Shown here: piece by piece, positions 25,946 to 34,718 of the stretch | Layout: each line of letters opens with the position of its first letter | Position numbering within the stretch: the stretch's first letter is position 1 | IMG/VR virus record: IMGVR_UViG_3300014205_000200 | Span: 1-64,000 of that record | Direction: 5' to 3' (one strand) | Source of the DNA: a virus | Taxonomy: Duplodnaviria; Caudoviricetes | DNA length: 64,000 nucleotides | Notes under the pieces: model-generated | What the model was told of the DNA's origin: nothing | What the model saw: the letters and a program-made list of their open reading frames with translations, nothing else | Database searches by the model: none | Program-made: the position numbers and the translations under genes

Positions 25946-27561
25946 TCGTCACCGAAATCAAAGTTGAGGGTTTTATGGGCCACCAGAAGGCCCGGGAGGT
26001 CCGGCTCCCCGACCGGGGGATCGTCGTGCTGGAGGGGCCGAACGGCTCGGGCAAGAGCGCGCTGATCGAATCGGTCGCCACGGCGCTCTGGGGCGAGACG
26101 CTTCGGGGCGAGACGCCATGGCGGACCAAGGAGCCGGGCTCGGTCGAGGTGGTGGCGGACGGGATCGAGTTCCGCCGGTCGGTGACGAAGGCTGGCTCGA
26201 AGCGGGTTGAGGTCGTGACGGCGGACGGTGAGATTCGCCATTGGCCGACCGTCGGGAAGGCTCGCGAAGAGATCGAGGGCATGGTCGGCGCCTACGAGGT
26301 CTGGAAGAAGGTCTCGGTCTTCAGCTCGGACGACGTGTCGCGGTTCAGCACCGCCACCGACGCCGAGCGGAAGCGGCTGTTGGAGGAGCTGCTCGGGTTG
26401 GACCGGTTCGACTTGGCGTTGGACCGCTGTCGGGCGGCCCTCAAGCAGGCGTCGGGGGTGGTGGATCGGATCCGAGCCGACCAGGCCCGGTTGTTGGCGG
26501 TGGCGGAGGGCCGGCGAGCCCGACTAGAAGACGCCCGGGCGGTGCTGGCCCGGGTGGGGGCGGTGCCGCACACCGATCCGGTTCGGTTGGCCGAATTGGA
26601 GGATGGCGCGTCGGAGCTTTCGGGCGCTCAGGCGGACGCGAGGGCGTTGGTATCCAGCTTCCATCAGAAGACCGGAGAGTCCCGGGGAAAGCTGCGGGCG
26701 CTGGAGGCCCGGTTGGCCGAGCTGGGCGACGACCGGTGCCCGACGTGCGAGCGGACGATGAAGGGAGCCGCCCCCCTGCTGGCGCGCCTGAGGGCTGAGC
26801 AGGGGGCGTTGGAGGTCCAGTTGAAGGACGAGACGGACGCGCTAGAGGCCGCCGAAGCGTCTTTCCTGAAGATCACCCGGCTGATCGAGGAAGATACGAA
26901 TTCCCTTCGGGGGTTGCGCGAGGCCGCCCGGGTGGCGGAGGCGGCCCAGCGACAGATCGACAGCGCCAAGGCGACGATCGAACGGCTGGAGGCCGAGCTG
27001 TCGGGCGGTCTTCAGGCGGAGGCCGATGCCGACCAGGCGTTGGCGGCGGTCGAGTCCGAGCGGGCCGAGCTACAGGCGACCGAGGTCGTGCTGGGGCTTC
27101 GGGGCGTTCGGGCGCAGGTGCTCGGGCGCGCGCTCGACGGCATCGAGTCTTTGGCGAATTCGCATCTGGCCAAGATCGCCATCGAGCCGGACTTCCGGAT
27201 CCGGGTTCGTTCGACGTCCGAGCTGAAGTCGGGCCGGACGGTCGACACCCTGTCGGTCGAGGTCGAAGGTGTGGGGGGCGGCCACGGCTACCGGGCCTGT
27301 TCGACCGGCCAGCGACGCCGGATCGATGTCGCGCTCGTGCTGGCGTTCGCCCGAGTGTCGGAGTACGCGCACGCTCGACAGGGCGGGACGCTGTTCTTGG
27401 ACGAGATGTTCGACGGTCTGGACGACTACGGGATCGGGGCCGTCGTGGAGGTACTGGTCGAAGTCGCGCGCGAGCGGCCGGTGGTGGTCGTGACCCACAA
27501 CCCCGGGCTGGCTGGCCGGCTGCGGCCAGTGGCCAGCAGGCTGCTGGAGTTCGGCGCCTAG
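25942..27561 (+). CDS. sbcC: SbcC/Rad50-like SMC ATPase
   Basis: GPNGSGKS, CPTC zinc hook, coiled coil, STGQRRR signature, FLDEMFDGLD, VTH; TTG start 25942. Confidence 0.92.
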   Translation: MIVTEIKVEGFMGHQKAREVRLPDRGIVVLEGPNGSGKSALIESVATALWGETLRGETPWRTKEPGSVEVVADGIEFRRSVTKAGSKRVEVVTADGEIRHWPTVGKAREEIEGMVGAYEVWKKVSVFSSDDVSRFSTATDAERKRLLEELLGLDRFDLALDRCRAALKQASGVVDRIRADQARLLAVAEGRRARLEDARAVLARVGAVPHTDPVRLAELEDGASELSGAQADARALVSSFHQKTGESRGKLRALEARLAELGDDRCPTCERTMKGAAPLLARLRAEQGALEVQLKDETDALEAAEASFLKITRLIEEDTNSLRGLREAARVAEAAQRQIDSAKATIERLEAELSGGLQAEADADQALAAVESERAELQATEVVLGLRGVRAQVLGRALDGIESLANSHLAKIAIEPDFRIRVRSTSELKSGRTVDTLSVEVEGVGGGHGYRACSTGQRRRIDVALVLAFARVSEYAHARQGGTLFLDEMFDGLDDYGIGAVVEVLVEVARERPVVVVTHNPGLAGRLRPVASRLLEFGA

Positions 27562-27565
27562 ACCG

Positions 27566-27865
27566 ATGCCGAAGCGGCCGACCGCCCCCGGGCAGCTGAG
27601 CCTCTTCAAGGAGACGACGATGAACGACGCATTACCGGCCCCCAACGGGGCTCAACCGATCCCAACCGAGGCGAAGGCGCAGGCCGCCCGGGACGCCAAC
27701 CGGGCGCTGATGGACCGGTACGACCAGCAGAAGAAGTGCCTTCAGCGGTTCGTGATCCGCCTTATCGAAAGCGGGGTGGAGAACGGCCTGAGTTCCTCCG
27801 AAGTCGTGATCCTTCGCGAGGGCCTGGAGGTTCTGGGCTGGCTTCCACGGGACGTGAAGGTGTAG
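27566..27865 (+). CDS. hypothetical protein
   Basis: 99 aa, operonic position. Confidence 0.5.
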   Translation: MPKRPTAPGQLSLFKETTMNDALPAPNGAQPIPTEAKAQAARDANRALMDRYDQQKKCLQRFVIRLIESGVENGLSSSEVVILREGLEVLGWLPRDVKV

Positions 27866-27875
27866 AAGATCCGAA

Positions 27876-28637
27876 ATGGCAGCCCGCAAGAAGAAGCCCG
27901 CCCCAGTGCCGACCGCACCCGAGATGAAGATCGTCCTGACGCCGCTCGAGGAACTGCAACGCTGGCCGAAGAATCCAAAGCTCCACGACTGGGACACCCT
28001 CGGGGCGTCGATCAAGCGATTCGGCTTCGTCCAGCCGCTGACGGTCGACGAGGGGACCGGTCGGTTGGTGGCGGGCCACGGTCGGCTCGACATGCTGGCC
28101 AAGATGAAGGAGGCCGGCGAGGACCCACCGCCCCGGGTGTTGGTCCGGGACGACGGCGCCTGGATGGTGCCGGTCATCCGGGGGATCCGGTTCGAGAGCG
28201 AGCGCGAGGCCCAGGACTACCTGCTGGTCGACAACCGGGCGGTCGAGCGCGGCGGATGGGACGAAGGTCTGCTGGCCGCCATGCTGCAAGAGACCAGCAA
28301 GGTTGATGACGGTCTCCGGTCGGTCGGCTTTACCGAGAAGGAGTTGAAGAAGCTCCTGGAGGCGGTCGCCGAGGAGGCGCCGATCATCCGCGACGCCACC
28401 CCGCCCGAGATGCTGAAGGGCTACCTGGCGAACGACGTTCGGCGGATGATGCTCTACTTCCAGGGCGACGTTTACGAACGGGTGGTCGCCAAGCTGGAGG
28501 CCATCATGCACGCCAACCCGCAGCTGGAAGATCACACGGACGTCTTCAACTTCCTGTTGGCCCACTACGAGGCGACCGATGGAACGGATCCAGATCACCA
28601 AGTATCCAAGCGACGAGGGCTGGCTCCGGCATCGTAG
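27876..28637 (+). CDS. ParB/Sulfiredoxin-like N-terminal domain protein
   Basis: PKNPKLHD...SIKRFGFVQPL.VDE.TGRLVAGHGRL...LLVDNR..ERGGWDE.LLA. Confidence 0.88.
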   Translation: MAARKKKPAPVPTAPEMKIVLTPLEELQRWPKNPKLHDWDTLGASIKRFGFVQPLTVDEGTGRLVAGHGRLDMLAKMKEAGEDPPPRVLVRDDGAWMVPVIRGIRFESEREAQDYLLVDNRAVERGGWDEGLLAAMLQETSKVDDGLRSVGFTEKELKKLLEAVAEEAPIIRDATPPEMLKGYLANDVRRMMLYFQGDVYERVVAKLEAIMHANPQLEDHTDVFNFLLAHYEATDGTDPDHQVSKRRGLAPAS

Positions 28638-29179
28638 GGTCTCGGAGGACGACTACGATCTGGTGATCGACCGGCCGGCCGCCCTCTACGACGGCGACCA
28701 GCTGGTGGCCGTCTACCGGCCGCTCGACGGCGCGGCTTCGTTGATCCCGCTCCTGCGCACCGTCCGGTACCAGAATGCCCGGCAGCGTCTTCACGAGCGG
28801 GATCGTCAACCAGACGAGCGAGCTGACCTACCACTACGACGCCGGCAACTTCCACGGAGCGTGGAGCTGCATGATGGCGCTCAGCTACGACACGGAGGGT
28901 GGCAATCTGGTGTTCCCCGCCTACCGGATCGCCCTCAGCGTGGAGGAGAACCGGCTCTTCATGTTCAACGGCTCGGAGCTGCTCCACGGCGTCAGCCACA
29001 TCAAGAAGCGGACTTCACGCGCCTACCGGTACTCGATCGTCTTCTACGCCCTGGAGGCGATGAAGCACTGCCTCGAGCCCTGCGAGGAGGTGAAGCGGGC
29101 CCGCCAGTCCGACATCGTCCGGGCCCGGCGGACCCCCGAGGAGCGGCTGGTGGCGTTACGGAGCGGGCGAAAGGGTTAG
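28579..29179 (+). pseudogene. TET/JBP-family 2OG-Fe(II) dioxygenase, frameshifted and apparently internally deleted
   Basis: N-part in frame 28579 up to RTVRYQ; catalytic part in frame 28775 (PGSVFTSGIVN, HYDAGNF, GGNLVFP, LLHGV, RYSIVFY). Confidence 0.78.
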
Positions 29180-29180
29180 C

Positions 29181-29528
29181 ATGACGGCGATCTTCTACTT
29201 GTCGGACGTCCGGTACGGCGGATGGCCGACCTTCACCGCCCACCTGGCGCTCTCGCTCCAGCGCGCGGGCGACAATCCCCGGATCTACAAGATCGGCGCC
29301 ACGACGGAGGGCCGGGCCCGGCCGTTCGGTCGGGGGTTGAACTACCGGAACCTGAAGCTCCCAGCCGCGGTGGAGATCTGCCGACAGATCCCCGCCATCG
29401 TGGCGGTGGCGGCGCCGAAGTTCATCGAACCGGCGGTCGCGCTCCTGGAGGCGGGCGCGACGCTGGTGGTCCATGACCCGACCGAGTCCGGACGAGAACG
29501 CGCGTTCTCGGGGGTGCTGGTCGGGTAG
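29181..29528 (+). pseudogene. TET-associated DNA glycosyltransferase, truncated N-terminal fragment
   Basis: FYLSDVRYGGWPTFTAHL...LVVHDPTE recalls TET-neighbouring GT-B proteins; only 115 aa, and the similarity stops at the palindrome (29494). Confidence 0.55.
29494..29509. repeat. 16-bp palindrome copy 5 (at the truncation point of the glycosyltransferase)
   Basis: Exact. Confidence 0.95.
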
Positions 29529-29565
29529 GGACCCGGGCGCCCCCGAGAACCGCCAGGAGGATCGT

Positions 29566-29739
29566 ATGCCGAAGATGATCTACATGGTCCTGACCGACCC
29601 TCAATTCAACGTCTTGAGCGACGCCCTTCAGTCCGCCGTCGCCGGCATCGGCGCGGGGGGCGGCGACTTCGAGTGGTCTCCTCGGACGGAGCGGGTGGCG
29701 AGCGAGCTGGCGACGGGGTTCCGTCGCAGAAGGCGATGA
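29566..29739 (+). CDS. hypothetical protein
   Basis: AGGAGG upstream of ATG 29566. Confidence 0.45.
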   Translation: MPKMIYMVLTDPQFNVLSDALQSAVAGIGAGGGDFEWSPRTERVASELATGFRRRRR

Positions 29740-29921
29740 AGCCTGTCCGTGGCGCGGTCGTGGACCTGACCGGGTTGGAGATCCGAACGGTGCTGAAGGC
29801 AGCGGAAATCCTTCCGTTGATCGACCCGGACTTCGCCCTAGGTTTCTTCACCCCCACCGAACGGGCGGCGTTCCGTCGGGCGCAGGGTGTGCTTCGAGCC
29901 GCCGCAAAGGAGTTGAAGTGA
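29736..29921 (+). CDS. hypothetical protein
   Basis: ATGA overlap chain. Confidence 0.45.
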   Translation: MKPVRGAVVDLTGLEIRTVLKAAEILPLIDPDFALGFFTPTERAAFRRAQGVLRAAAKELK

Positions 29922-30310
29922 TGCGGACCGTCAAGCTGACGATCGAGTTGGACCTCACGTACGACGGGATGTCGGGCGTCCATCGGCGCGACATCATCGC
30001 GGCCGTCGACGACTACCTGGAGGGCAGCTTCCAGGAGAGCCTGAAGAAAGGCCTGGGCGCGCTCGCGACCCCGGCTCGGATCGGTCTCCGGATCCGGTCG
30101 TCCGAGGGGAAGATGGGGGGGCGAATGAAGGGCCCACGCTACCCACTCGAACTGACGGCGGCCGAGTATCACTACGTCCGGGCCTACGTGGAGGCCGAGC
30201 ACGAGATCGGCATGACGAACCGCTCGTCGGACAAGTTGGTGGCCGGTCTGCTGGACAAGCTCCGGCGGGCGTGGTCCGCCGGGTCGTCGAGGCGGCGAAG
30301 CCGGAGGTGA
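29918..30310 (+). CDS. hypothetical protein (possibly two genes; internal GAAGAT motif before ATG 30124)
   Basis: ORF track plus internal motif. Confidence 0.4.
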   Translation: MMRTVKLTIELDLTYDGMSGVHRRDIIAAVDDYLEGSFQESLKKGLGALATPARIGLRIRSSEGKMGGRMKGPRYPLELTAAEYHYVRAYVEAEHEIGMTNRSSDKLVAGLLDKLRRAWSAGSSRRRSRR

Positions 30311-30311
30311 A

Positions 30312-30698
30312 GTGGTGAACGACCAAGAAGAAGCGGCGCTCCTGCGAGAGCGTCTGCGTGAGACCACCCACGCGGCCGCCCGGGTGGCGGAGCAGCTGGC
30401 GGACGCCCAACGGGATGCGGAGCGCTATCAGGCCCGCTGTCGGGCGCTGGAGCTGCGGCTCGAGGCCGTCCAGCTGGCGATGAGCCCGAAGTACGACCAA
30501 GCGCGGCTCGGGCTCCACATGGCCCGGCCAGAGTGGTGGGAGGCGATCGACCGTCTGGTGGCCGGGCCGGTCGCCGAGCCGGTCGCCGAGCAGCCGACCC
30601 TCGGGTGCCTTCACCTGGCCGACAGCTGGACGCCGGCCTCTGACCTGAACGATGTGCCGTGCCCGGTGTGCGGGCGGTTCTACGTGGACGGGCCCTGA
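30312..30698 (+). CDS. coiled-coil protein with C-terminal CxxC
   Basis: 128 aa. Confidence 0.5.
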   Translation: MVNDQEEAALLRERLRETTHAAARVAEQLADAQRDAERYQARCRALELRLEAVQLAMSPKYDQARLGLHMARPEWWEAIDRLVAGPVAEPVAEQPTLGCLHLADSWTPASDLNDVPCPVCGRFYVDGP

Positions 30699-30701
30699 CC
30701 G

Positions 30702-31499
30702 ATGACCCGGCGGCTGGTCTTGTGGGAAGGCCGATCGTGGATCGACGACGCCCCGGTGGTGTTGATCGGCACCCGGGCGCTGTCGCCGAGCGTCGTGAAC
30801 CGCAAGACAGGCGACATCGTCCACACGTGGATCCTTCGCTCGGACCGGCGGCCGGCCGAGGCCTGGCGTGAGGGGCAGGACGCTTCGGTGTGCGGCGACT
30901 GCAAGCTGCGGGGCGATCCCGAGGACCCGGGGTCGCGGTCCTGCTACGTCCACCTGGGCCACCTGGGGAACCTGTGGAACGCCTACCGGGCCGGTTCGAT
31001 CCCCTACCTGACGGAGGACCGCCAGCTGGCCGGTCTGGTGGGCGGCCGGGTGGTGCGGATCGGCAGCTACGGTGACCCGCTCGTCCTTCCGTTCGACGTC
31101 ATCCGGACCATCATCAGCCCGGCCCGGGCCCACATCGGCTACACGCACCTCTGGCGTCACCCGGGCGCCCGGGGGAAGCGTCACTATCGGCAGCTCCTGA
31201 TGGCGTCGGTCGACACCGAAGCCGAGCAGGTGGCCGCCCGGGCGGCCGGGTGGCGGACCTTCCGGACGACCTTCCGTTCGTTCGGCGCCCCGAAGGAGCC
31301 GCCGCTCGGGGACGAGATCGTCTGCCCGGCGTCCGACGAGGCTGGTCACCTGTCGACCTGCGAGCGCTGTCGGCTCTGCAACGGCGTCCAGAAGCCCCGC
31401 CACGGCGTGGCGGACCGGCGGCGCAGCATCGTCATCCAGGCCCACCACAGCCCCAACGCCTACGCGACGATGCGGTCCCGGTTGGCGATCGTCCGGTAG
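30702..31499 (+). CDS. conserved Cys-rich phage protein (gp88-like / radical-SAM-like)
   Basis: NRKTGD, VCGDCKLR, CYV, VRIGSYGDP, GYTHLW, MASVD, GWRTFR, CPAS, CERCRLC. Confidence 0.55.
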   Translation: MTRRLVLWEGRSWIDDAPVVLIGTRALSPSVVNRKTGDIVHTWILRSDRRPAEAWREGQDASVCGDCKLRGDPEDPGSRSCYVHLGHLGNLWNAYRAGSIPYLTEDRQLAGLVGGRVVRIGSYGDPLVLPFDVIRTIISPARAHIGYTHLWRHPGARGKRHYRQLLMASVDTEAEQVAARAAGWRTFRTTFRSFGAPKEPPLGDEIVCPASDEAGHLSTCERCRLCNGVQKPRHGVADRRRSIVIQAHHSPNAYATMRSRLAIVR

Positions 31500-31518
31500 C
31501 GGGGGGAAGATGGGCGTG

Positions 31519-31770
31519 ATGACGAACCCACCCACCACCCCAGAACCACCGGTCGAGCCGGCCCGACCTTCCTTCGAGGTCGCGCTCGCGGCCCTGCTGA
31601 ATCACTACAGTCGGGAGACCGAGAGCGGCACGCCGGACTTCATCCTCGCCACCTACCTGAACGACTGCCTGGCGGCCTTCAGCGTCGCGACCCGGGAGCG
31701 GACCCGCTGGTACAACCAGTCCGGGACCGAGCTGGGGGTGCCGGAGACCCGGACCGAGCCGGCCCGATGA
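31519..31770 (+). CDS. conserved hypothetical phage protein
   Basis: LLNHYSRE..SGTPDFILA.YL..CL.AF; GAAGAT-N7-ATG. Confidence 0.6.
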   Translation: MTNPPTTPEPPVEPARPSFEVALAALLNHYSRETESGTPDFILATYLNDCLAAFSVATRERTRWYNQSGTELGVPETRTEPAR

Positions 31771-31979
31771 TCGTCACCGTCCTGTTGATCCTGTCGGTCG
31801 CCAGCTACTCGCTGCTGATGATGTGGATCGGTCGCCAGCTGGCCCTCTACGAGGAGCAGGACCGGGTCGTCGTCTTCTTGAACCGGATGGCGCGCGAGCA
31901 TGACCGCGACGGCACGACCCGGTCGGCCTCGCTCCTCCGGGAGGCGGCGAACCGGATCGGCGGCGAGCAGCACCGGTGA
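31767..31979 (+). CDS. small membrane protein
   Basis: N-terminal TM; its TGA stop overlaps the palindrome. Confidence 0.5.
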   Translation: MIVTVLLILSVASYSLLMMWIGRQLALYEEQDRVVVFLNRMAREHDRDGTTRSASLLREAANRIGGEQHR

Positions 31980-32200
31980 GAACGCGCGTTCTCGCCTCGG
32001 GGGAACGCGAGCCGGTCAGCTGTCCGGTTTGCCTCGGACCGATGCCGACCCGGTCGCTCATGTGTCGGGCCTGCGGGCGGTCGTACGACCGATCGGCCCA
32101 CCGGGAGGGTTCGGTCGCGGAGGTGATCCGGTGGGCGGCCGGCCGGTCTCGGCGGGCCGAGCGGGAAGCAGCTGGGCGTGGGGTGGGTGTGCCGCGATGA
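31976..32200 (+). CDS. small zinc-finger protein
   Basis: CPVC...CRAC; begins inside the palindrome. Confidence 0.4.
   Translation: MRTRVLASGEREPVSCPVCLGPMPTRSLMCRACGRSYDRSAHREGSVAEVIRWAAGRSRRAEREAAGRGVGVPR
31978..31993. repeat. 16-bp palindrome copy 6 (overlaps a TGA stop)
   Basis: Exact. Confidence 0.95.
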
Positions 32201-32296
32201 GGCGAAGTGCCTTGAGGAGATCTGGGGCATCGGCTTCGAGAAGGTCTCGGTGACGGAGCTCGGAAGCGAGGGCCTCGCGGCCCAGAAGGGGAAGCG

Positions 32297-32503
32297 ATGA
32301 TGAAGTTCACAGCGGAGATCTACATGGAGACCCGGCGATGCCGTGCGTGCGGCCGGTGGTGGGCGCTGGAGGACGGCGCTGGAGGCGATTGCCCTAAGTG
32401 CAAGAGCGCCTACGTGGATGGCCTGCGCGAGCAACTCAAGGCAGCTCGCCGCACGAACGCCGGCCTGAAGGGCGCCTTGGCCCGGGCGAAGGGGAAGCGA
32501 TGA
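32297..32503 (+). CDS. small zinc-ribbon/coiled-coil protein
   Basis: CRACG...CPKC. Confidence 0.5.
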   Translation: MMKFTAEIYMETRRCRACGRWWALEDGAGGDCPKCKSAYVDGLREQLKAARRTNAGLKGALARAKGKR

Positions 32504-32703
32504 AGATCACGGAGGCGATGCTCAACGATCTGCGGACGGCGGTCCGCGATGGACGACCATGCGTGTTGGACCCGGAGGAGGTGCTGGCCCTCCTCGACGA
32601 GCGGAAGGCGCTTCGGGAGGCGGTGCGTTCGTGGCGAGACCAATGCGGGATCACGCAGGACGAGGGGTCCGTCGCCCTCGCCCTCGGGGAGGACGAATCA
32701 TGA
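32500..32703 (+). CDS. hypothetical protein
   Basis: ATGA overlap chain. Confidence 0.45.
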   Translation: MKITEAMLNDLRTAVRDGRPCVLDPEEVLALLDERKALREAVRSWRDQCGITQDEGSVALALGEDES

Positions 32704-32861
32704 GCGGAGCGAAGACGGGTGCGGCTGGCCTGGCCCTGCAAAAGGTCGAGGCATTGGAGAAGCGCGTAGCGGGGCTGGAGCAGCGCCTGGCGCGGTACGA
32801 ACTCGCCTCGCTGGAGCGGACGGAGCGGCGCGTAGCGGAGAGAGAGGCGGGCCGAGCCTAG
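32700..32861 (+). CDS. short coiled-coil protein
   Basis: ATGA overlap chain. Confidence 0.4.
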   Translation: MSGAKTGAAGLALQKVEALEKRVAGLEQRLARYELASLERTERRVAEREAGRA

Positions 32862-32992
32862 GCCGGTAGTCGGTCCTATCCCTGCGGGTTACGTGTTGTG
32901 GAATGGAGAAGCACGAGGCACGGTTGGAAGCCTGGCAGCGCGACCGGAGCGGGGTTGGCCGGCCGGTGGAAGTGGCGAAGGAGTAGTTATCC

Positions 32993-33796
32993 GTGCTGAC
33001 GATTGGATCTCTCTTTGCCGGCATCGGCGGGCTTGAGCTCGGGCTCGAGTGGGCCGGGGTCGGCGAGACCCGCTGGCAGGTGGAGATCGATCCGTACTGC
33101 CGGCGTGTCCTTGAGCGGCACTGGCCCCAGGCGGAGCGCTTCGAGGATGTGACCGCGTTCGGCGGTCGGCCGGCAGACCTGATCTGTGGCGGGTTCCCGT
33201 GCCAGGACCTGTCAGTCGCCGGGAAGCAGAAGGGGATCGACCATGGAGAACGATCGGGGCTCTGGCGCGAGTTTGAGCGTGTCGTGGGGGCAGTCCGGCC
33301 AGGGTGGGTGGTCGTGGAGAACGTTGCCCACACTTGGCGAAAGTGGGTGCCCCGTGTGCGGAGCGATCTGCACCGGCTCGGATATGCCAGCGTGCCGCTT
33401 CGAGTGCGAGCCAGTGACGTCGGGGCGTGGCACGAGAGGTCCCGGGTCTTCGTTGTTGCCGACGCTCACGGCATCCTCCTACGGGAGCAACAAGGGCGGC
33501 GGGGCGGCGGGGCGCCTTGGGGTGGAGCGCTTGAGCTTGCAGTCGCTCGCGCGAAGGGGGCTGATACCGACCCTCACTCGACACGCCGCCACGAAGGGGG
33601 CGGGGGAGTCACGGTTTCGCGAGGGCGGCCCCAGCCTCAACACGGTGATCGGTGGTGGGCCTCTGAGCCCGATGTGGCTCGAGTGGTTCATGGGCTTCCC
33701 GGACGGGTGGACCGAGCCGCCGCCCTAGGAAACGCGGTGGTGCCTCAGGCTGCGATGGCGGTGGGGCACTTCATTCAGAGCATGCGAGAAGACTGA
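32993..33796 (+). CDS. C5-cytosine DNA methyltransferase (alpha-type polypeptide)
   Basis: SLFAGIGG (I), GGFPCQDLS (IV), VENV (VI), HERSRVFVVA (VIII), LGNAVVPQ (X). Confidence 0.92.
   Translation: MLTIGSLFAGIGGLELGLEWAGVGETRWQVEIDPYCRRVLERHWPQAERFEDVTAFGGRPADLICGGFPCQDLSVAGKQKGIDHGERSGLWREFERVVGAVRPGWVVVENVAHTWRKWVPRVRSDLHRLGYASVPLRVRASDVGAWHERSRVFVVADAHGILLREQQGRRGGGAPWGGALELAVARAKGADTDPHSTRRHEGGGGVTVSRGRPQPQHGDRWWASEPDVARVVHGLPGRVDRAAALGNAVVPQAAMAVGHFIQSMRED
33186..33728 (+). CDS. nested out-of-frame ORF, putative beta subunit of the C5 methyltransferase (start may be ATG 33384)
   Basis: LLPTLTAS...LIPTLT...LSPMWLEWFMGFPDGWT (motif-IX-like), entirely inside the alpha gene in another frame. 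Confidence 0.6.
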   Translation: MAGSRARTCQSPGSRRGSTMENDRGSGASLSVSWGQSGQGGWSWRTLPTLGESGCPVCGAICTGSDMPACRFECEPVTSGRGTRGPGSSLLPTLTASSYGSNKGGGAAGRLGVERLSLQSLARRGLIPTLTRHAATKGAGESRFREGGPSLNTVIGGGPLSPMWLEWFMGFPDGWTEPPP

Positions 33797-33816
33797 CTTC
33801 GCCACGCAAGGAGGGG

Positions 33817-34053
33817 TTGATGGCTAAGCGGATGTACCTGATTCGGGTTGAAGTTGGCGATACGCCTCCGTCGGAGTGTGGGGCGTGCCCATGGTTGCAT
33901 CACGAGATCGACTGGTCGGCGCACTGCGGCGTCTTGAAGCAGAAGGTAGCCAACGGCGAGCCCGGGCGGCTACCAACCGGCCCAAGGCTTCAAGAGTGTG
34001 TCGATTCAGAGTGGGCCTATCTTGAGCACGGCGGCGAGACGTCTGAGGTTTGA
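33817..34053 (+). CDS. Cys-rich hypothetical protein
   Basis: CGACPWL...CGVL...RLQEC. Confidence 0.5.
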   Translation: MMAKRMYLIRVEVGDTPPSECGACPWLHHEIDWSAHCGVLKQKVANGEPGRLPTGPRLQECVDSEWAYLEHGGETSEV

Positions 34054-34077
34054 TATTCGCCACGATGAAGGAGGAGC

Positions 34078-34300
34078 GATGGACACGCAAGCTCGGATAA
34101 ACATCCTTTGGGGTGACAACCTGAACGACCTCAAGAGCACGCACCGAACGATGATGCACGTTCTTGATGCAATGATGGGCGAAATCCGCGAACTTCGGGC
34201 CGAGGTTGAGACCCTCAAGAAGTGCGGCCAGTCGTTCTCCCTTCATCGCGCGATCCTCATCTTCTCAACGGTTCTCAGTAGACCCCTAGCGCAGATCTAG
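34078..34300 (+). CDS. hypothetical coiled-coil protein
   Basis: GGAGG upstream of ATG 34078; lower GC. Confidence 0.4.
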
Positions 34301-34655
34301 GTCCCGCGTGCGCTGCGTTAGCGTGTGATTGCCGCTGAAACTGAAAGTCCACCGGAAGCCCCGTGACCGATGACAACCACATCGAGTAGGCAACGCACAT
34401 CAGCGACCACCGGGTGGTGTCGACAGGGAACAACTGATCGAAATCCCCATCCTCAAGAATCAGTCGAACGTCGACGTCCCGGAATGTCCGGCGCTCCAGC
34501 GCCGACCCAACAAGGAAGCAACCAAGCCCCCCATGCGCGCGGTTGATCGTCGCGCAAGCCAGATCTAGGCTGAAGGCATTAGGGGCCGGCAGCCAATCCC
34601 TCCGCCAGGACGGCTTCTCTTCTTCACTCATGGCTAATCTCCAGTTCTCAACGGT
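34262..34655. repeat. 11-bp direct repeats TTCTCAACGGT (34262-34272 and 34645-34655) flanking the nucleotidyltransferase gene
   Basis: Read directly from sequence. Confidence 0.8.
34275..34631 (-). CDS. minimal nucleotidyltransferase (pol beta superfamily)
   Basis: FLVGSAL...FRDVDVRLIL...VDFQFQ. Confidence 0.78.
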   Translation of the reverse strand: MSEEEKPSWRRDWLPAPNAFSLDLACATINRAHGGLGCFLVGSALERRTFRDVDVRLILEDGDFDQLFPVDTTRWSLMCVAYSMWLSSVTGLPVDFQFQRQSHANAAHAGPRSALGVY

Positions 34656-34718
34656 CTCCCGTCATCCGTGCTCGCCGCTGTGCCCGCGCGGTCGGGTGCA
34701 GACCATGCTGAGAGGTCG

